NCBI GenBank assembly: GCA_963695855.1
Contig: CAVOHZ010000010.1
Span: 1,600,001-1,664,000, forward strand
DNA length: 64,000 nucleotides
Origin: an uncultured Nitrososphaerales archaeon
GTDB taxonomy: Archaea > Thermoproteota > Nitrososphaeria > Nitrososphaerales > Nitrososphaeraceae
Direction: 5' to 3'
A program made the translations under genes and the position numbers. The notes under the pieces were generated by a model. That model was not told the DNA's origin. It worked only from the letters and a program-made list of their open reading frames with translations, and searched no databases. Positions 1 through 11,379 of this stretch are shown piece after piece; within the stretch, counting starts at the first letter, position 1, and each line of letters begins with the position of its first letter.

Positions 1-875
1 TATGTTAGATTAGCAGATCAACTATTACGTATTCTCAAACATTGCAGAATTCCATTATATATGCATAGAAAGAGCAATCACATTTACACAGTATGGCAAC
101 ACATAGTACTTGTTACAATAAGAAGACAGTATGAAGGTAAGAGTTATCGAATGTTTACAGACTGGCTTGTTGAAGCATACTATTTGAGGTTGTTTCTCCA
201 GTTGTCCAAGATACCACATTATACAACATTACAGAAATTCACTGATAGAATCAATATAGTGTTATTAGAAAGGATAATCTCATCTTTTATTCTTTTTACA
301 GGTACAAGATACATATTTGCTGGAATAGATTCAACTGGATTCAAGGTAACACATGCATCAGAATACTATACAGATAGAGCCAAATTGAGAAAGAAATATG
401 CTAAATTATCTATTGGCGCAGATGTTCTAAAGCAAATAATCTGTAACATCAAGGTAAGACGAGCTCCAACACGACATGATAACATAGACTTCAAGCCGAT
501 TGTGACAAGAATATCAAAAATAAAATCATTATCTGTAGTTGTTGCAGATAAAGCATATGACAGCGAAGATAACCATGTACTTGTAATAGAGAAATTACAT
601 GGCTTGAGTATCATGCCTCCAAGATATGAAGGTGTACCAGTATGGAAGACTCATGGCAGATACAGAAAGGGAATGAAACGTGGATACAACAAGATTCTGT
701 ACAACCAGCGTAACAAAGATGAAACTATTGTATCAGTCATAAAGAGGTTATTTGGGGAACATATTACATCCAGGCTGATAAGAATGCAGAACAGGGAACT
801 GACTTTGAGATGTATAGCATACAATGTTCACAGAATGGTGAAGTTGGTTGTTATGGTGATGGTTTCTACACAGCC
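1..875 (+). mobile_element. IS5-like insertion sequence (right end visible)
   Basis: Right terminus GGTTTCTACACAGCC (861-875) matches the termini of the element at 62301-63251. Confidence 0.8.
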
Positions 876-888
876 ATTCTATACATAA
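1..888 (+). CDS. IS5-like (DDE_Tnp_1) transposase, 5' end outside window
   Basis: Frame is open from base 1. DDE-type motifs GIDSTG, VADKAYD and QRNKDETIVSVIKR. Homologous to the copy at 62.3-63.2 kb. Confidence 0.9.
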   Translation, partial: YVRLADQLLRILKHCRIPLYMHRKSNHIYTVWQHIVLVTIRRQYEGKSYRMFTDWLVEAYYLRLFLQLSKIPHYTTLQKFTDRINIVLLERIISSFILFTGTRYIFAGIDSTGFKVTHASEYYTDRAKLRKKYAKLSIGADVLKQIICNIKVRRAPTRHDNIDFKPIVTRISKIKSLSVVVADKAYDSEDNHVLVIEKLHGLSIMPPRYEGVPVWKTHGRYRKGMKRGYNKILYNQRNKDETIVSVIKRLFGEHITSRLIRMQNRELTLRCIAYNVHRMVKLVVMVMVSTQPFYT

Positions 889-1139
889 TCTTTTTATACT
901 TCCGTTTTTAAACACCTTCACTTTTTAAATTATCTAATATTTTTAATGTTAACATATTAGAGGATGATACTTTATTTATAGAATTTAAGAAATACTCATA
1001 TTTTTTGGTATCTAATGATTGTTTTATTAATATTGTGTAATAAGATGGGACATATTTAAAATTATGAGAAACTATTTAATAGCAATATAATTGTCTCAAC
1101 TTTCCAAATAATATTGGTTTTGATAATAGTAATAGAAGA

Positions 1140-1690
1140 TCTCCTATTGTCGTTACTGATGATGATGCAATGTATTTTCCATAAATATACTGGCTGTTGT
1201 TGTAGTACATATTTTTACCTCACAAAAAATATGTCGGTATCTTTCTAACCTTCATTCTTTTGTTGTTTAATATTGTCCTTACCACGGCACCTATCCTTTT
1301 CTGCTCCCTATTTCTAACGTTTTTTTAAATGTATCTATTGCTATTGTCTGTTCATCAATGATCTTCTTTAGTGGCTCAATCTATTTTCTCATTCTTGTTT
1401 ATCGTATTATCTTCACTCGAACCTGAAAGTACCATCCTGCCTTATTATGAATTCTTGCTTCGAGCTGTATAGCACCTTTGGATTCAGATTGTAGTTTCAT
1501 GGTAGTTCTGCCACTGTGATATTTTGTAGTCAATAGTTTCATTACAATCCTTGTCTTGTTTTCGGTGTCCATTTTCTAGTACTATTCTCTTTAACACCTT
1601 GTATATGTATGACCTCCTTCTATACATCTAATGATAGAAGTAAAAAAGTCTCCATTGCAGGATATTCTCATTTTCAATGGGTCCAGACTA
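1140..1690 (-). pseudogene. Decayed IS3-family element (orfA HTH remnant)
   Basis: Minus-strand fragments in shifting frames read RKWTP.., ..NLNPKVLYS.KQEFI.. and LKKIIDEQTIAIDTFKK, resembling IS3 OrfA. Multiple stops and frameshifts. Boundaries approximate. Confidence 0.55.
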
Positions 1691-2264
1691 TAATACATTA
1701 ACTGATGAAACTGCATACGGTGGAGGTCAAGTACTTTGATATTGATAGCAAGAAAATGAAGCTGTTTTTGTTGCGACTATAGGATTTGCTCATGATGACT
1801 GGACCGTTATTATATGGACCAACTAATGTTTCAATCAAAAAAATTGCAGACAAGTTAGGAAAAATATTTGTAAAAAACAGACTTATCATCAGATCTCTAT
1901 ATATTTACAAATGTAATAAATCGAACTGGTTCAATTGCATTTCAGGTAAGTATTGGATCTACTAAAGCAGCTGAGAATGCATTTTCCTCTTTGGAGAATA
2001 TTAAATGCAACATGAAAAGATATCATGTAAGCGCAATTTCTCACAACACGAAGAAATAATAGAACATGCAAAAGAAGATAATATAATAACCTGAATTGCT
2101 GGTATAGTAATCAATTGTCCATTTGAGTCATAATGTTATTACCAATTTTTTAAAATTTTATTTAGCACGATTCAACTTTAATTTATTAATTTAATCTATT
2201 TGTAGTAATATTTCATAGTTTTATTACTTTTTATTTTATTAACAAAATCTGATTATTTATAAGA

Positions 2265-2972
2265 ATGTTGATGCTTATAGAGTATATGAAATATCTAAAT
2301 TTAATAATCATAGTAACGGTTATTCCAATTCTAGCAGGAATACTAAATGTTAATACTAGCGAAGTATTTGCTCTAAATTTAACTACAAATTCTTCATCTG
2401 CAATGACTCATTCCGTTAATAATGAAACATATATATCATCAAACAATAATTCTTCGCTAAATAATTATCAAGAATCACAAACTTTTACGCATGGATTAGT
2501 GGTTAAAATTGATAATGTAGGGTATTATTTTGATGGTCCTTCAGACGGTGCAAATGGTACAAAAGATGCGCCTGGTCATTATTGGTGGCAGGATACACCA
2601 TATCATCTATATGGACTTCATTACAATATCGGTCCGTTTGGAGAGCAAAATTGGTGGTCTTCTGATACTAAAGGTAATGAATTGCTATATTTAGTAGATG
2701 TTATAATCGCACCCTGGACAAATACAACTGCTTATGAATTCGCTAAACAAGGATATGTTCACTATCATGAATTAGTAAAAACGGACAGTGGAGAAAAACA
2801 TCCTGAATTAGTGGCTTGGTTTAAACATGTAGCAGTACCTGCATCATTTATACTAGATAAAGGTCCTATGCAAGAAGATAAACACATAGTTTCTGCAGGA
2901 ATTGATTATAGGTTCTTAAACAATTACTTTATACCATATGATCCAAAAACAGACCATGGTCATGACGAATGA
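2265..2972 (+). CDS. Secreted His/Trp-rich protein of unknown function
   Basis: N-terminal hydrophobic signal (likely start at the ATG at 2287), Asn/Ser-rich linker, then a domain with PGHYWW, GLHYNIGP, GYVHYHEL and WFKHVAV. Confidence 0.8.
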   Translation: MLMLIEYMKYLNLIIIVTVIPILAGILNVNTSEVFALNLTTNSSSAMTHSVNNETYISSNNNSSLNNYQESQTFTHGLVVKIDNVGYYFDGPSDGANGTKDAPGHYWWQDTPYHLYGLHYNIGPFGEQNWWSSDTKGNELLYLVDVIIAPWTNTTAYEFAKQGYVHYHELVKTDSGEKHPELVAWFKHVAVPASFILDKGPMQEDKHIVSAGIDYRFLNNYFIPYDPKTDHGHDE

Positions 2973-3192
2973 AGTGATATAAATAAGAAATTCTTTTATT
3001 TTATTTTCTCAGTTTTAAATAATTAAATATCTGATGAAGGTTAAATATAACTTATTTGTATCAACTATCATTAATAAAATATTTTTTTTATACATAAAAT
3101 ACGAATAAATGATTATACTAAGGATATAGACATAAACATATCTAAACTACTTTATACTATTAAATATATTTAAAAAATTTATAGTTTTGAAT

Positions 3193-3860
3193 GGTGCTGT
3201 TAGTTTAACGATATTTATTGAGCTAGAATGTACTATTTCTTTCTAACAATCCTTGATCATTAGAATAGAAACAGAACATACGATTGATGATGATGATGAT
3301 GTATTCTTCTCTGTATTTATTTACTTTCTTGTTCTCTGTCAGTCTCAAAAAAATAAAGACATTGAAATCTTCTAAAGATGAAAACAAAAGAAGTTACATC
3401 TCAAATTCAATCAAGTTAGATCTTTTCAAATCTATATGGCAAGAGTTTCCGTTTTTACAGTAGATAAAAGAATAATCAAATATTACTTAATATCGATAGA
3501 CTTCTTGTACTGTATTGAACTTGAAAAATCGGTGCTCGTAGCAAAGAATTTTAGTCATTCTTTGATTAAAAAGTATGGAAAACATATTGTTTACATTGAT
3601 GGTGTTACTAGGTATCCACAAGCATGCAACTTTTTACACCTAAAACACAGAATGCATTCTCCTTTAGAAGACACTGATAGAACGAGTAAGCAGTATTTCA
3701 AATAGAACCTCCTTCATGATTACTATTCATGTATAGCAACAAAAACAGAAAATATGATCTAGGACATGTATAGAATTGCAAAGTTATTTATCTATAAATA
3801 TAATACAATAATTACAAATAAAATTCCATTTCTTGATGGAGGTAATTTATATTAATTTAA
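3193..3860 (+). mobile_element. Defective IS6-family element (copy A1)
   Basis: Left end GGTGCTGTTAG resembles the terminus at 6259. Fragments such as KKYGKHIVYIDGVTRYPQAC are homologous to the IS6 transposase at 6537. Heavily frameshifted. Confidence 0.8.
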
Positions 3861-3965
3861 GGAAGACTATACAATTTATTTGTTCAACAACATTTGAAAT
3901 TTAACAGGTTTTATATTATTTATTTAAAACGTCAAATCTTTAAAAAACTATTTTAAAAACATGAA

Positions 3966-4100
3966 TTATTGTCGCTGTTTTTTAACACATCTTCCCATCT
4001 GATTTTTTTCATGGTTTTTCAGATGGTTAATACAACCAATAAATTTATGTTCAGTACATCCACAAATAATACATCTATTGATTTTCTGACTGTTTTCCAA
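3966..4100 (-). CDS. Possible Cys/His-rich microprotein or pseudogene (44 aa)
   Basis: TTG-start ORF MENSQKINRCIICGCTEHKFIGCINHLKNH... lies downstream of rtcA on the same strand. Not in the ORF track. Confidence 0.3.
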   Translation of the reverse strand: MENSQKINRCIICGCTEHKFIGCINHLKNHEKNQMGRCVKKQRQ

Positions 4101-4182
4101 TTCAAAAATATAATACTATTGACAATATTAGTTTGTTTTCTTATTCTAACATTGTTAATAATTTATTGAAATTAAAAATTTT

Positions 4183-5238
4183 TTAAATGTTAACATCTGA
4201 TTTCCCTTCAATGCCCACTAAAAATTTTTCTTGAATGGGTGTAATACTATATTTACATCCAACCATCTTACTAACTATGTATAAATTTGTTTTTAAATGT
4301 TCTGTGACTTTCCCAATAACAAATCTAGAATTTCCTCTAGCCAAGCTAGCTGGTATGACTAACATATCTGCCAAGTTATGATCTACAGACACATTTTTAA
4401 TATAATTTTCCAGAAATTTAGTTACTGCTTCTTTTCCAACATCCTCAGCACTTTTATTTTTTTGTCCAACCGCATCTCCACCTATAAATTCACCAAAATC
4501 AGATTTTGTGTAAACTAAAATTGACGATCCTGGAGAAATTGCATTTTCAACCGATGCTATATAGTTATTACATCTTATACCATTTTTTTCTAGATGTAAT
4601 AGTACAGTAGAAATTTGACGATCCAAAACATGTCTAGGAAGCCTAGAACAAACACCTATAACTATAGGTTTACTTCTTTGACCGCTAATGAAATCGATCA
4701 GACCTAAGTTCTTACAAGGTAGTATTTTAGTTTGAACTATTCCGCCTCCTTTGGGATAATATCCTCTTCTTATAACATCTATTTTAAAAATTATTCCAAT
4801 ATTTTTATATGCTTCAGAGACAACATATTTCATATAATCAATCGTAGGACTTGCAATCACATCGGTTCCTCCAATAATTTTGATACTGATATTTTTTTTA
4901 GATAATGATATTGCTGGAACTATTGTCTGTAGTATCAACGAAATGCTTCCAGCTGTGCCAATATCAATTTCCAATTCAGCAATTCCTTTATCCGTGTGCA
5001 AACTATTGGGATAAAATTTTATACTTTGGTTTCCCACACATAGGTTTTCCACAGTAGCATTGAAAATTGTACTCAAAGCTTTGACCGCATGGACATGTTG
5101 AGGTCTCAAACCGGGATTTGGTCTTTTGGATCGTATATTGAATATCTCTACAGGTTTTTCCAGAAGTACAGAAAGGCATATAGTAGAACGAAGTATTTGT
5201 CCTCCTCCTTCTCCAAATGAACCATCAATCTTTAACAA
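4183..5238 (-). CDS. rtcA: RNA 3'-terminal phosphate cyclase
   Basis: IDGSFGEGGGQILRS, RPNPGLRPQH, GGTDV, RRGYYPKGGG and the catalytic TEHLKTN motif. Confidence 0.97.
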   Translation of the reverse strand: MLKIDGSFGEGGGQILRSTICLSVLLEKPVEIFNIRSKRPNPGLRPQHVHAVKALSTIFNATVENLCVGNQSIKFYPNSLHTDKGIAELEIDIGTAGSISLILQTIVPAISLSKKNISIKIIGGTDVIASPTIDYMKYVVSEAYKNIGIIFKIDVIRRGYYPKGGGIVQTKILPCKNLGLIDFISGQRSKPIVIGVCSRLPRHVLDRQISTVLLHLEKNGIRCNNYIASVENAISPGSSILVYTKSDFGEFIGGDAVGQKNKSAEDVGKEAVTKFLENYIKNVSVDHNLADMLVIPASLARGNSRFVIGKVTEHLKTNLYIVSKMVGCKYSITPIQEKFLVGIEGKSDVNI

Positions 5239-5294
5239 TAATCATATTTTTGTTATTAATAAAATAATAATTTTGCCTTAGAAAATATGAAAAT

Positions 5295-7055
5295 ATGTGT
5301 TATTACATCTCAATGTTCCAACACAATTAGTAGACTTATTATGGTCATAATACATGATTAACTTGAAATACAAAGATTCTCTCATAAAGACAGGAGAAAT
5401 ATTACTTGATTTTGATATTATTGATAATTGGATTATGTAATTAGAAAAGACGAATTATGGTAAAGAAGAAGGTAGAAAGTTCGTATATCAGATTCATTTA
5501 CGAAATTATTGTAGTACAGAGAGTATACATATTTTCACTTACCGTACATAGAAGAAGACAAGAAGGTTTATTACTAGCTCACACTATCAATACAATTCAG
5601 TTCCATCAATTCCAAATCATAGTAACATTAGCGGAAGAAGATACAGACTGAATATTAAAAAATAAGCAAGGACAAATCTATTTACATGATGGTTATTTTG
5701 TAATAGCAATTGATTGTACTTGTGTAAAGATATCCAACCAAATAGAATGAATACGTCAAATGGAATGTGAATAGAGGATATCTAGAGACATATGTAGCAG
5801 TTGATAATCAAGAGAAAGAGAGTCTTATCATTAAAAGTAACTTTCAAACAAGTACATGATAGAAAAGTATTGCCAGAGCTGATAAATGACGTGACGATAA
5901 AGAATAATAAGATAATAATAGATACTATTATTATGGATTGCTCCTATGACGATAACAAGAATTTTCAATTTCTATCATTTAAAGAAATGCCACCAGCAAT
6001 AATAAATGTAAGAAATAATTGCAGATGTAAAAATACCAATCATCGCGTCAGAAACAAGGTTGTAAAAAGTACAGAAAAATAACTTACAGTAATGCTGGAA
6101 AGAAGTGTACTATATTGTCAGAGATGGATGACAGAAGAAACTGTCTTCTTTTGTATCAAAAGAATGTTTGGACAATATGTTTCCGCTATTTGATTTGAGA
6201 ATACCTAAAGGAGATAATACTCAAAGTATCATTGTATAAGTTGTTTATTAGAAGTATAGGTGCTGTTAACTTAAGGAAAGAGCTATAGCTGTGAACGCTC
6301 TATTCTAACAATATAGATGTTGTTAAGATTTGTCAGAAACATCCACATGTATAGTAATGTATTCTCTTTATTTGTACTTTCTTGGTCTGAGTCTACGAAA
6401 TACATCCAAAGCATTGGAACCTTTTAAGGACCAAAAAAGAAGTTATGTTACTGTTTGGAAATGGATTCAACTATTTGGTTCATTGTAGATCTATAACAAG
6501 CATAGAAGAATTTCCGCATTCATAATCGATGAGACAATGATTCAGATTGGTAATCAACACTTTTGGTTATGGATTTGTATTGAACCTGTTCATAAATCTA
6601 TACCTGGAATCTATATTTCAGAAGAGAGAAACATGCTTGTAGCAGAAAATTTTATCAGATCCCTTGTATCAAGGTATGAAAAACATACAGTATACACAGA
6701 TGATGGTGGTACGTGGTATCCACAAGCATGCAACTTTTTAAATCTAAAACACGTATCGCATTCACCATTTGAGAAAAGTCTGATTGAAAGAGTGATGCAG
6801 TATTTCAAGGATAGGACGGAAAGTTTTGATGATTACTATCCTTGTAATAATATTATACAAAATTGTCATCTACAACATGTATACAATTGGATAAGATTAT
6901 TCGTTTATCTATATAATGCAAAAATCAGAAACAAAATTCTATTCAAAATTGGAGGTAAAATAGTCTTAAGTTAACACAGCCGAAGTATAAGTGTTACATG
7001 ATAACTGATTATTGATAGAAAGTGATGATTATCTAGATGAGTTGTACAACAGAGC
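5295..7055 (+). pseudogene. Decayed IS5-family (IS903-type) element interrupted by an IS6 copy
   Basis: 5295-6258 aligns by eye with the intact element at 18919-19931 but has many stops. Its 3' end resumes after 6989 and finishes in GAGTTGTACAACAGAGC. Confidence 0.8.
6259..6981 (+). mobile_element. IS6-family element (copy B1), defective transposase
   Basis: Imperfect 17-bp TIRs (GGTGCTGTTAACTTAAG / CTTAAGTTAACACAGCC). 8-bp TSD GAAGTATA at 6251-6258 and 6982-6989. Motifs [12 protein letters not shown] and [11 protein letters not shown]. In-frame TAG at 6486. Confidence 0.92.
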
Positions 7056-7180
7056 AGTAAAAATATATTGTCATCAAAATTATTAATTTTCAAAAAATAT
7101 TTCTTTTAGGAGTACTCATTCTACATCTCTTGAATTTAAAGACTAAAAAGATTAATAGATGAATATAATAATATTTTGTA

Positions 7181-7435
7181 ATGCCAACAGCATATGTTTT
7201 AATAAATTGTGATTTAGGATCTGAAGCAGATATTATCAAAGAACTAAAAAAATTGCCGGAAGTTGTAGAGGTCAGTGGAGTATTTGGAGTTTACGACATA
7301 ATAGTCCGAATCCGCTCTGATTCAATGGATAAACTACGTGAGGTAGTTACATGGAATGTAAGAAGGATAGATAAAGTTAGATCCACCTTGACCATGATGG
7401 TAATAGAGGGCCAGGGAGAAAAAGATATAAATTAA
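7181..7435 (+). CDS. Stand-alone Lrp/AsnC ligand-binding (RAM) domain protein
   Basis: AYVLINC..GSE, GVYDIIVRI and VRSTLTM motifs. Confidence 0.93.
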   Translation: MPTAYVLINCDLGSEADIIKELKKLPEVVEVSGVFGVYDIIVRIRSDSMDKLREVVTWNVRRIDKVRSTLTMMVIEGQGEKDIN

Positions 7436-7545
7436 AAAGGAGATAAATCAAAAATCAATTATTTACTATCTTTTTATATTTTCTTGTTTTTCCAATTTTC
7501 GCATTGACATTATCATTTTATATTATTAATTATTTTAATTAGTAG

Positions 7546-8178
7546 TTGGACAATGTTTTTGATAATTTCTTGACTGATAATAAATTGAATACTCTATTAT
7601 TCTATAATCCATACCCCAAGCTTTGTTTTACATCCATGATGACCTCCTTCTTCAAAAAAACAATTTACCTAGATCTTGATACAACTTTTACTGCCTATGT
7701 CAATTCGGGCTTCATACTAAATTATTCACCAAAAACAATCTTACTGGTTACCCCAGACGAAGGAGATTTGGAATTTCTTTTAGATCAAATAGTATCTAAT
7801 AGTACAACGTCTTCATTAATTATTATTGATTCATTAAATAGCTTTTATAACTTGTATTATAAAAAAATTGATTGGAATTATTTTAAGGGAATTTCTAATG
7901 TTCAACATATTCTATCAAACTTTCTAATGCTACTTTTGAAACATTGTAATTCTATAAAAATTCCTATTCTTGTTACAAGCATGATGAGATACAAAAAGAA
8001 AGAAAACTGGGTTAAATTGCCTGCAAACAGAAGGTTTTTACAAAAAAAGAGCGGCGTAGTTTTTTATGTGGATATGTTTAATGAAAATGATCTTTCTGTT
8101 GATATACTTGTCCATCCTTTTCTATCTACTAAAAAATTAGTTCTGAAAAACCACGAAATTTCTATCACATATATCTAA
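7546..8178 (+). CDS. Hypothetical protein with degenerate RecA/RadB-like fold
   Basis: IYLDLD and Walker-B-like LIIIDSLNSFY, plus IPILVTS. No intact Walker A. Confidence 0.6.
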   Translation: MDNVFDNFLTDNKLNTLLFYNPYPKLCFTSMMTSFFKKTIYLDLDTTFTAYVNSGFILNYSPKTILLVTPDEGDLEFLLDQIVSNSTTSSLIIIDSLNSFYNLYYKKIDWNYFKGISNVQHILSNFLMLLLKHCNSIKIPILVTSMMRYKKKENWVKLPANRRFLQKKSGVVFYVDMFNENDLSVDILVHPFLSTKKLVLKNHEISITYI

Positions 8179-8273
8179 TTTTGATAAAATATCAGTCTAA
8201 TTTCTTGTCAAATTAATTTGACAAATCAGTATTTTTATGTTAAGATTTATAGGATTCTTTAATTCTACTAGGT

Positions 8274-8729
8274 TTGTCTTTGGTTAATCCTTATATCTTG
8301 AATCAATTATTACTTGTTATAATAATACTATCAGTATTATTAGTATTATTTGATCTATACATCTCATCTTCTCAAGAGTATAAAATTAATGATTTACTGT
8401 CACTAGATGTTCAGATATTAAAAAATCCTATCAATTTAGGAGAAGAACAAATAATTCGATTTTTATTAAATGATACAACTCTAAATAATAAAATTAATCA
8501 AACTGCTCTTATAGAAGGAAATATAATTTATTTGTCAGGAATCGCTCAGCCATTTTCATTAAATATTACACCCTCAAAATGGTATAATTATTCATGGACA
8601 GTAAATCCTGATATTCAAAAATTTGGGACAGTTTTAGTAGAAATAAATTTATTATATAATGAATCAAAAATTAATATGCAAAATATTACATTCAATATAA
8701 GTAACGAAAAAAATATAAATAATTCATAA
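8274..8729 (+). CDS. Membrane-anchored/secreted hypothetical protein
   Basis: N-terminal TM helix followed by a beta-rich domain (YNYSWTV). Confidence 0.6.
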   Translation: MSLVNPYILNQLLLVIIILSVLLVLFDLYISSSQEYKINDLLSLDVQILKNPINLGEEQIIRFLLNDTTLNNKINQTALIEGNIIYLSGIAQPFSLNITPSKWYNYSWTVNPDIQKFGTVLVEINLLYNESKINMQNITFNISNEKNINNS

Positions 8730-8754
8730 ATATTTTCAAAATGATTATCATTTA

Positions 8755-9675
8755 GAGCCTATCCCAAAAATAGATAGGAATATAGCTCCTTTGTTTCTTA
8801 TCATATCTGATAATGTTTAAGAGTGAAAAATATATTAGAACTATTACATGTATTCCAGATGATCTATGGAATGAAATTAAAAATATTTTACCTGATGCCA
8901 AACCAAATATACAATAGGTCGTCCAATTGTTCCATACAGAAAAGTATTTGATGGTATCATGTTTATCCTGAGAACTGGATGTCAATGGAAAATGTTACCC
9001 AAAGAATATGGTTCTGGTTCTACATGTCATAGAAGATTTCAAGAATGGAGAGAATCAGATATATTTGATAAATTATGGAGCAGATTATTAAAATTATATG
9101 ATTTAAAGAATAGAATAAAATGGAACTAGCAGTCACTTGATAACATCTCTATAAAATCACCTTTAGGGGGGCGATGACAGGTCATAATCCTACTGCAAAT
9201 AGAAGTAAATTAGGTAGTAAAAGACATATTTTAACAGATAAAGATGGCATTCCCCTTTCAACTGTTATAATATCTGCAAATACTCACGATGTTACTGTTG
9301 CAACAAATACAATTGATAATATTGTTATCAAAAGACCACCACCTTCTTCGTCAATAGCAAAATATAGAAACAAGAAGAAGAATAAGAAAAAGCAGAATCT
9401 ATGTCTTGATAAAGCATATCATTCCAAGGAAATAGAACAAGAAGTTATCAAAAGAGGATATATTCCACATATACGACACAGAAGAGAAGAAAAGAAATGC
9501 AGCAATAGACATCCTGCAGTAAGAAGATGGGTGGTAGAGAGAACAAATTCTTGGCATAACAGATTCAGAAAATTATTTACAATGTATGAAAAGAAGGAGG
9601 ACGAGAACTATCTTGGTCTTGTACAGTTAGCAAGTAGCATTATTGTTTACAGAAGGCTAATTTTGGGATAGGCTC
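8755..9675 (+). mobile_element. IS5-family element (IS1031/IS427-like), orfA decayed
   Basis: TIRs GAGCCTATCCCAAAA / TTTTGGGATAGGCTC with 3-bp TSD TTA. The 5' ORF is broken by stops. Confidence 0.9.
9174..9671 (+). CDS. IS5-family transposase, C-terminal part
   Basis: GSKRHILTDKDGIPL, LCLDKAY and RWVVERTNSWHNRFRKL. Confidence 0.88.
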   Translation: MTGHNPTANRSKLGSKRHILTDKDGIPLSTVIISANTHDVTVATNTIDNIVIKRPPPSSSIAKYRNKKKNKKKQNLCLDKAYHSKEIEQEVIKRGYIPHIRHRREEKKCSNRHPAVRRWVVERTNSWHNRFRKLFTMYEKKEDENYLGLVQLASSIIVYRRLILG

Positions 9676-9900
9676 TTATTTCCAGAAGAATGAGTTTTTT
9701 AACATATTAATTTGTCTTTGATTAAGAATAATAACCTCTTTAATTGAATTTAATATAAAATATTATAATATTATACTTAAGTATCTTGAATAGCTTTGAA
9801 GAGTCATAGATAAAATACTTGGAGAATTTAAAAAACCTCTATTCTATCTATTTTTTTAAATTAAATCTTTCTTAAAGTTAACATATTATTATAAATATTA

Positions 9901-10179
9901 ATGAACATGAAAAATAGAAGCAGAAATGAGATCATAGCTTTTATTCTAGAATCTGTTTCTAACAGTAAAAGCAATGATGGTATTACAGCTACTAAAATCA
10001 TGTACAGTGCATTCTTATCTTATTCGCAACTGAAAGAATATCTTGCATTACTATTAGAAAAGGATCTATTAGAATATAAGTCTAACACACAAACATATAA
10101 AGTAACCTTTAAAGGTACACATTATATATCTATTCATAAACGATTGACGGAGATGATAATAACAACTCCACAATATTGA
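9901..10179 (+). CDS. Winged-helix DNA-binding protein (archaeal HTH_45-type regulator)
   Basis: RSRNEIIAFIL, TKIMYSAFLSYSQLKEYL and YKVTFKG pattern. Confidence 0.88.
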   Translation: MNMKNRSRNEIIAFILESVSNSKSNDGITATKIMYSAFLSYSQLKEYLALLLEKDLLEYKSNTQTYKVTFKGTHYISIHKRLTEMIITTPQY

Positions 10180-10436
10180 TTTGTTACAAAAACGTATTTT
10201 CATCATATATTTTTCGAAGATGGCTTGTTATGTTTTAAAAATATGTTTATTTGTGTATGATCAAGCAAAATTTAACAACAAATCAGCAATATCGAATTTA
10301 AAAAATGAAATTAATTGCGGAAATGTGTGATAATTTGTACAGGCTATTTCAAAATATATGAAAAACGTAATCATTATTTCTATTAAATAAATAATTAAAC
10401 CTATAAATTTTTGTTAATAATAATTATAAATATCAA

Positions 10437-11012
10437 TTGGAATCTCATGTACAGTTTCGTTATCATGATCTTTCTATTCGAGAAATAGAACTAATATATA
10501 TTTATTTAACAAAATCATTCTATGTTACAGAAGAACAATTATCATTAGATGAAATAGAAAAAGAATATGCTCATTTGGCTGAAAATGACTATTCACTAAC
10601 GTTAATAGAACTAGCTTTTTCTGGTAAATTTGATGATTCCTTCTTTAAGATTCTCAGACCTGAACGATGGCATTCTATTAAAAATATTATCAAAGAAATT
10701 AAACATAGAAGGGGAAAAAGATCAGTGTTAGTTTTATTGAAATTTGCTGGGGTCACTAATATAAATTCAGATATTGTATTTTGTATTATAAATAAATTTG
10801 ATAAACCATTCGAGATAGCCATTGAAAAAATTGAATATCTAGTTGATATTGTACCAACACAACTTGCAAATCTACCTAATGATATAACCGAAGTTGTATA
10901 CCATTTTGATGATTTGTCAGCAAAATGGACTCCATTTCGTGCGAGAAGAAATGATAAAAATTATTCCAGCACATTTGTATTAAAAGATAGCAAATGGGAA
11001 ATAATAAATTAA
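10437..11012 (+). CDS. Conserved hypothetical protein
   Basis: 191-aa uninterrupted ORF with globular composition. No family recognised. Confidence 0.7.
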   Translation: MESHVQFRYHDLSIREIELIYIYLTKSFYVTEEQLSLDEIEKEYAHLAENDYSLTLIELAFSGKFDDSFFKILRPERWHSIKNIIKEIKHRRGKRSVLVLLKFAGVTNINSDIVFCIINKFDKPFEIAIEKIEYLVDIVPTQLANLPNDITEVVYHFDDLSAKWTPFRARRNDKNYSSTFVLKDSKWEIIN

Positions 11013-11066
11013 TATAACTTTCATTTTAAATAGTTAATACCATCGATAAATGAAATATTTTATAGA

Positions 11067-11150
11067 GCGGGGGTCGCCTAGCCTGGTAGGGCGTGGGATT
11101 GCTAATCCCATGTTCGTAAGAACACGTGGGTTCGAATCCCACTCCCCGCG
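11067..11150 (+). tRNA. tRNA-Ser(GCT)
   Basis: Acceptor stem GCGGGGG/TCCCCGC, anticodon arm TGGGA-TT-GCT-AA-TCCCA, long variable arm TGTTC-GTAA-GAACA, T-loop TTCGAAT, discriminator G. No intron and no encoded CCA. Confidence 0.97.
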
Positions 11151-11153
11151 TGT

Positions 11154-11379
11154 TACAACGGGGTTTGTACATAAACTCCTTTATCCTTGTCATAATATAG
11201 AATTTCTTTAGTTTCCTCAATCGTCAAAAAAGTATGTCGGGACCTGAGAAATCTTGTACCTTCCTCTATTAGTTCCTGTCTTTTTTTCTTCCATCAGTAA
11301 AATCAGTCATTTGTGTACCAAAGACATCTTAAAATGATTTTTTTTTTGTATATTCAGGATCTGGTGCTGTTGCAGACAT
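11154..11379 (-). pseudogene. N-terminal fragment of D5/P4-type primase-helicase
   Basis: ATG at 11379 follows AAGGAG. After a stop and a frameshift it reads QELIEEGTRFLRSRHTFLTIEETKEILYYDKDKGVYVQ, resembling the D5_N region. Ends at the tRNA. Confidence 0.5.

Noticed and set aside
3969-4169. 66-aa plus-strand hydrophobic ORF
   Set aside because: Low-complexity AT-rich frame with no motif, likely spurious.
6486-6488. In-frame TAG shared by both IS6 B copies as pyrrolysine or readthrough
   Set aside because: Both copies also share a 5' frameshift and no pyl genes are visible. A nonsense mutation before duplication is simpler.
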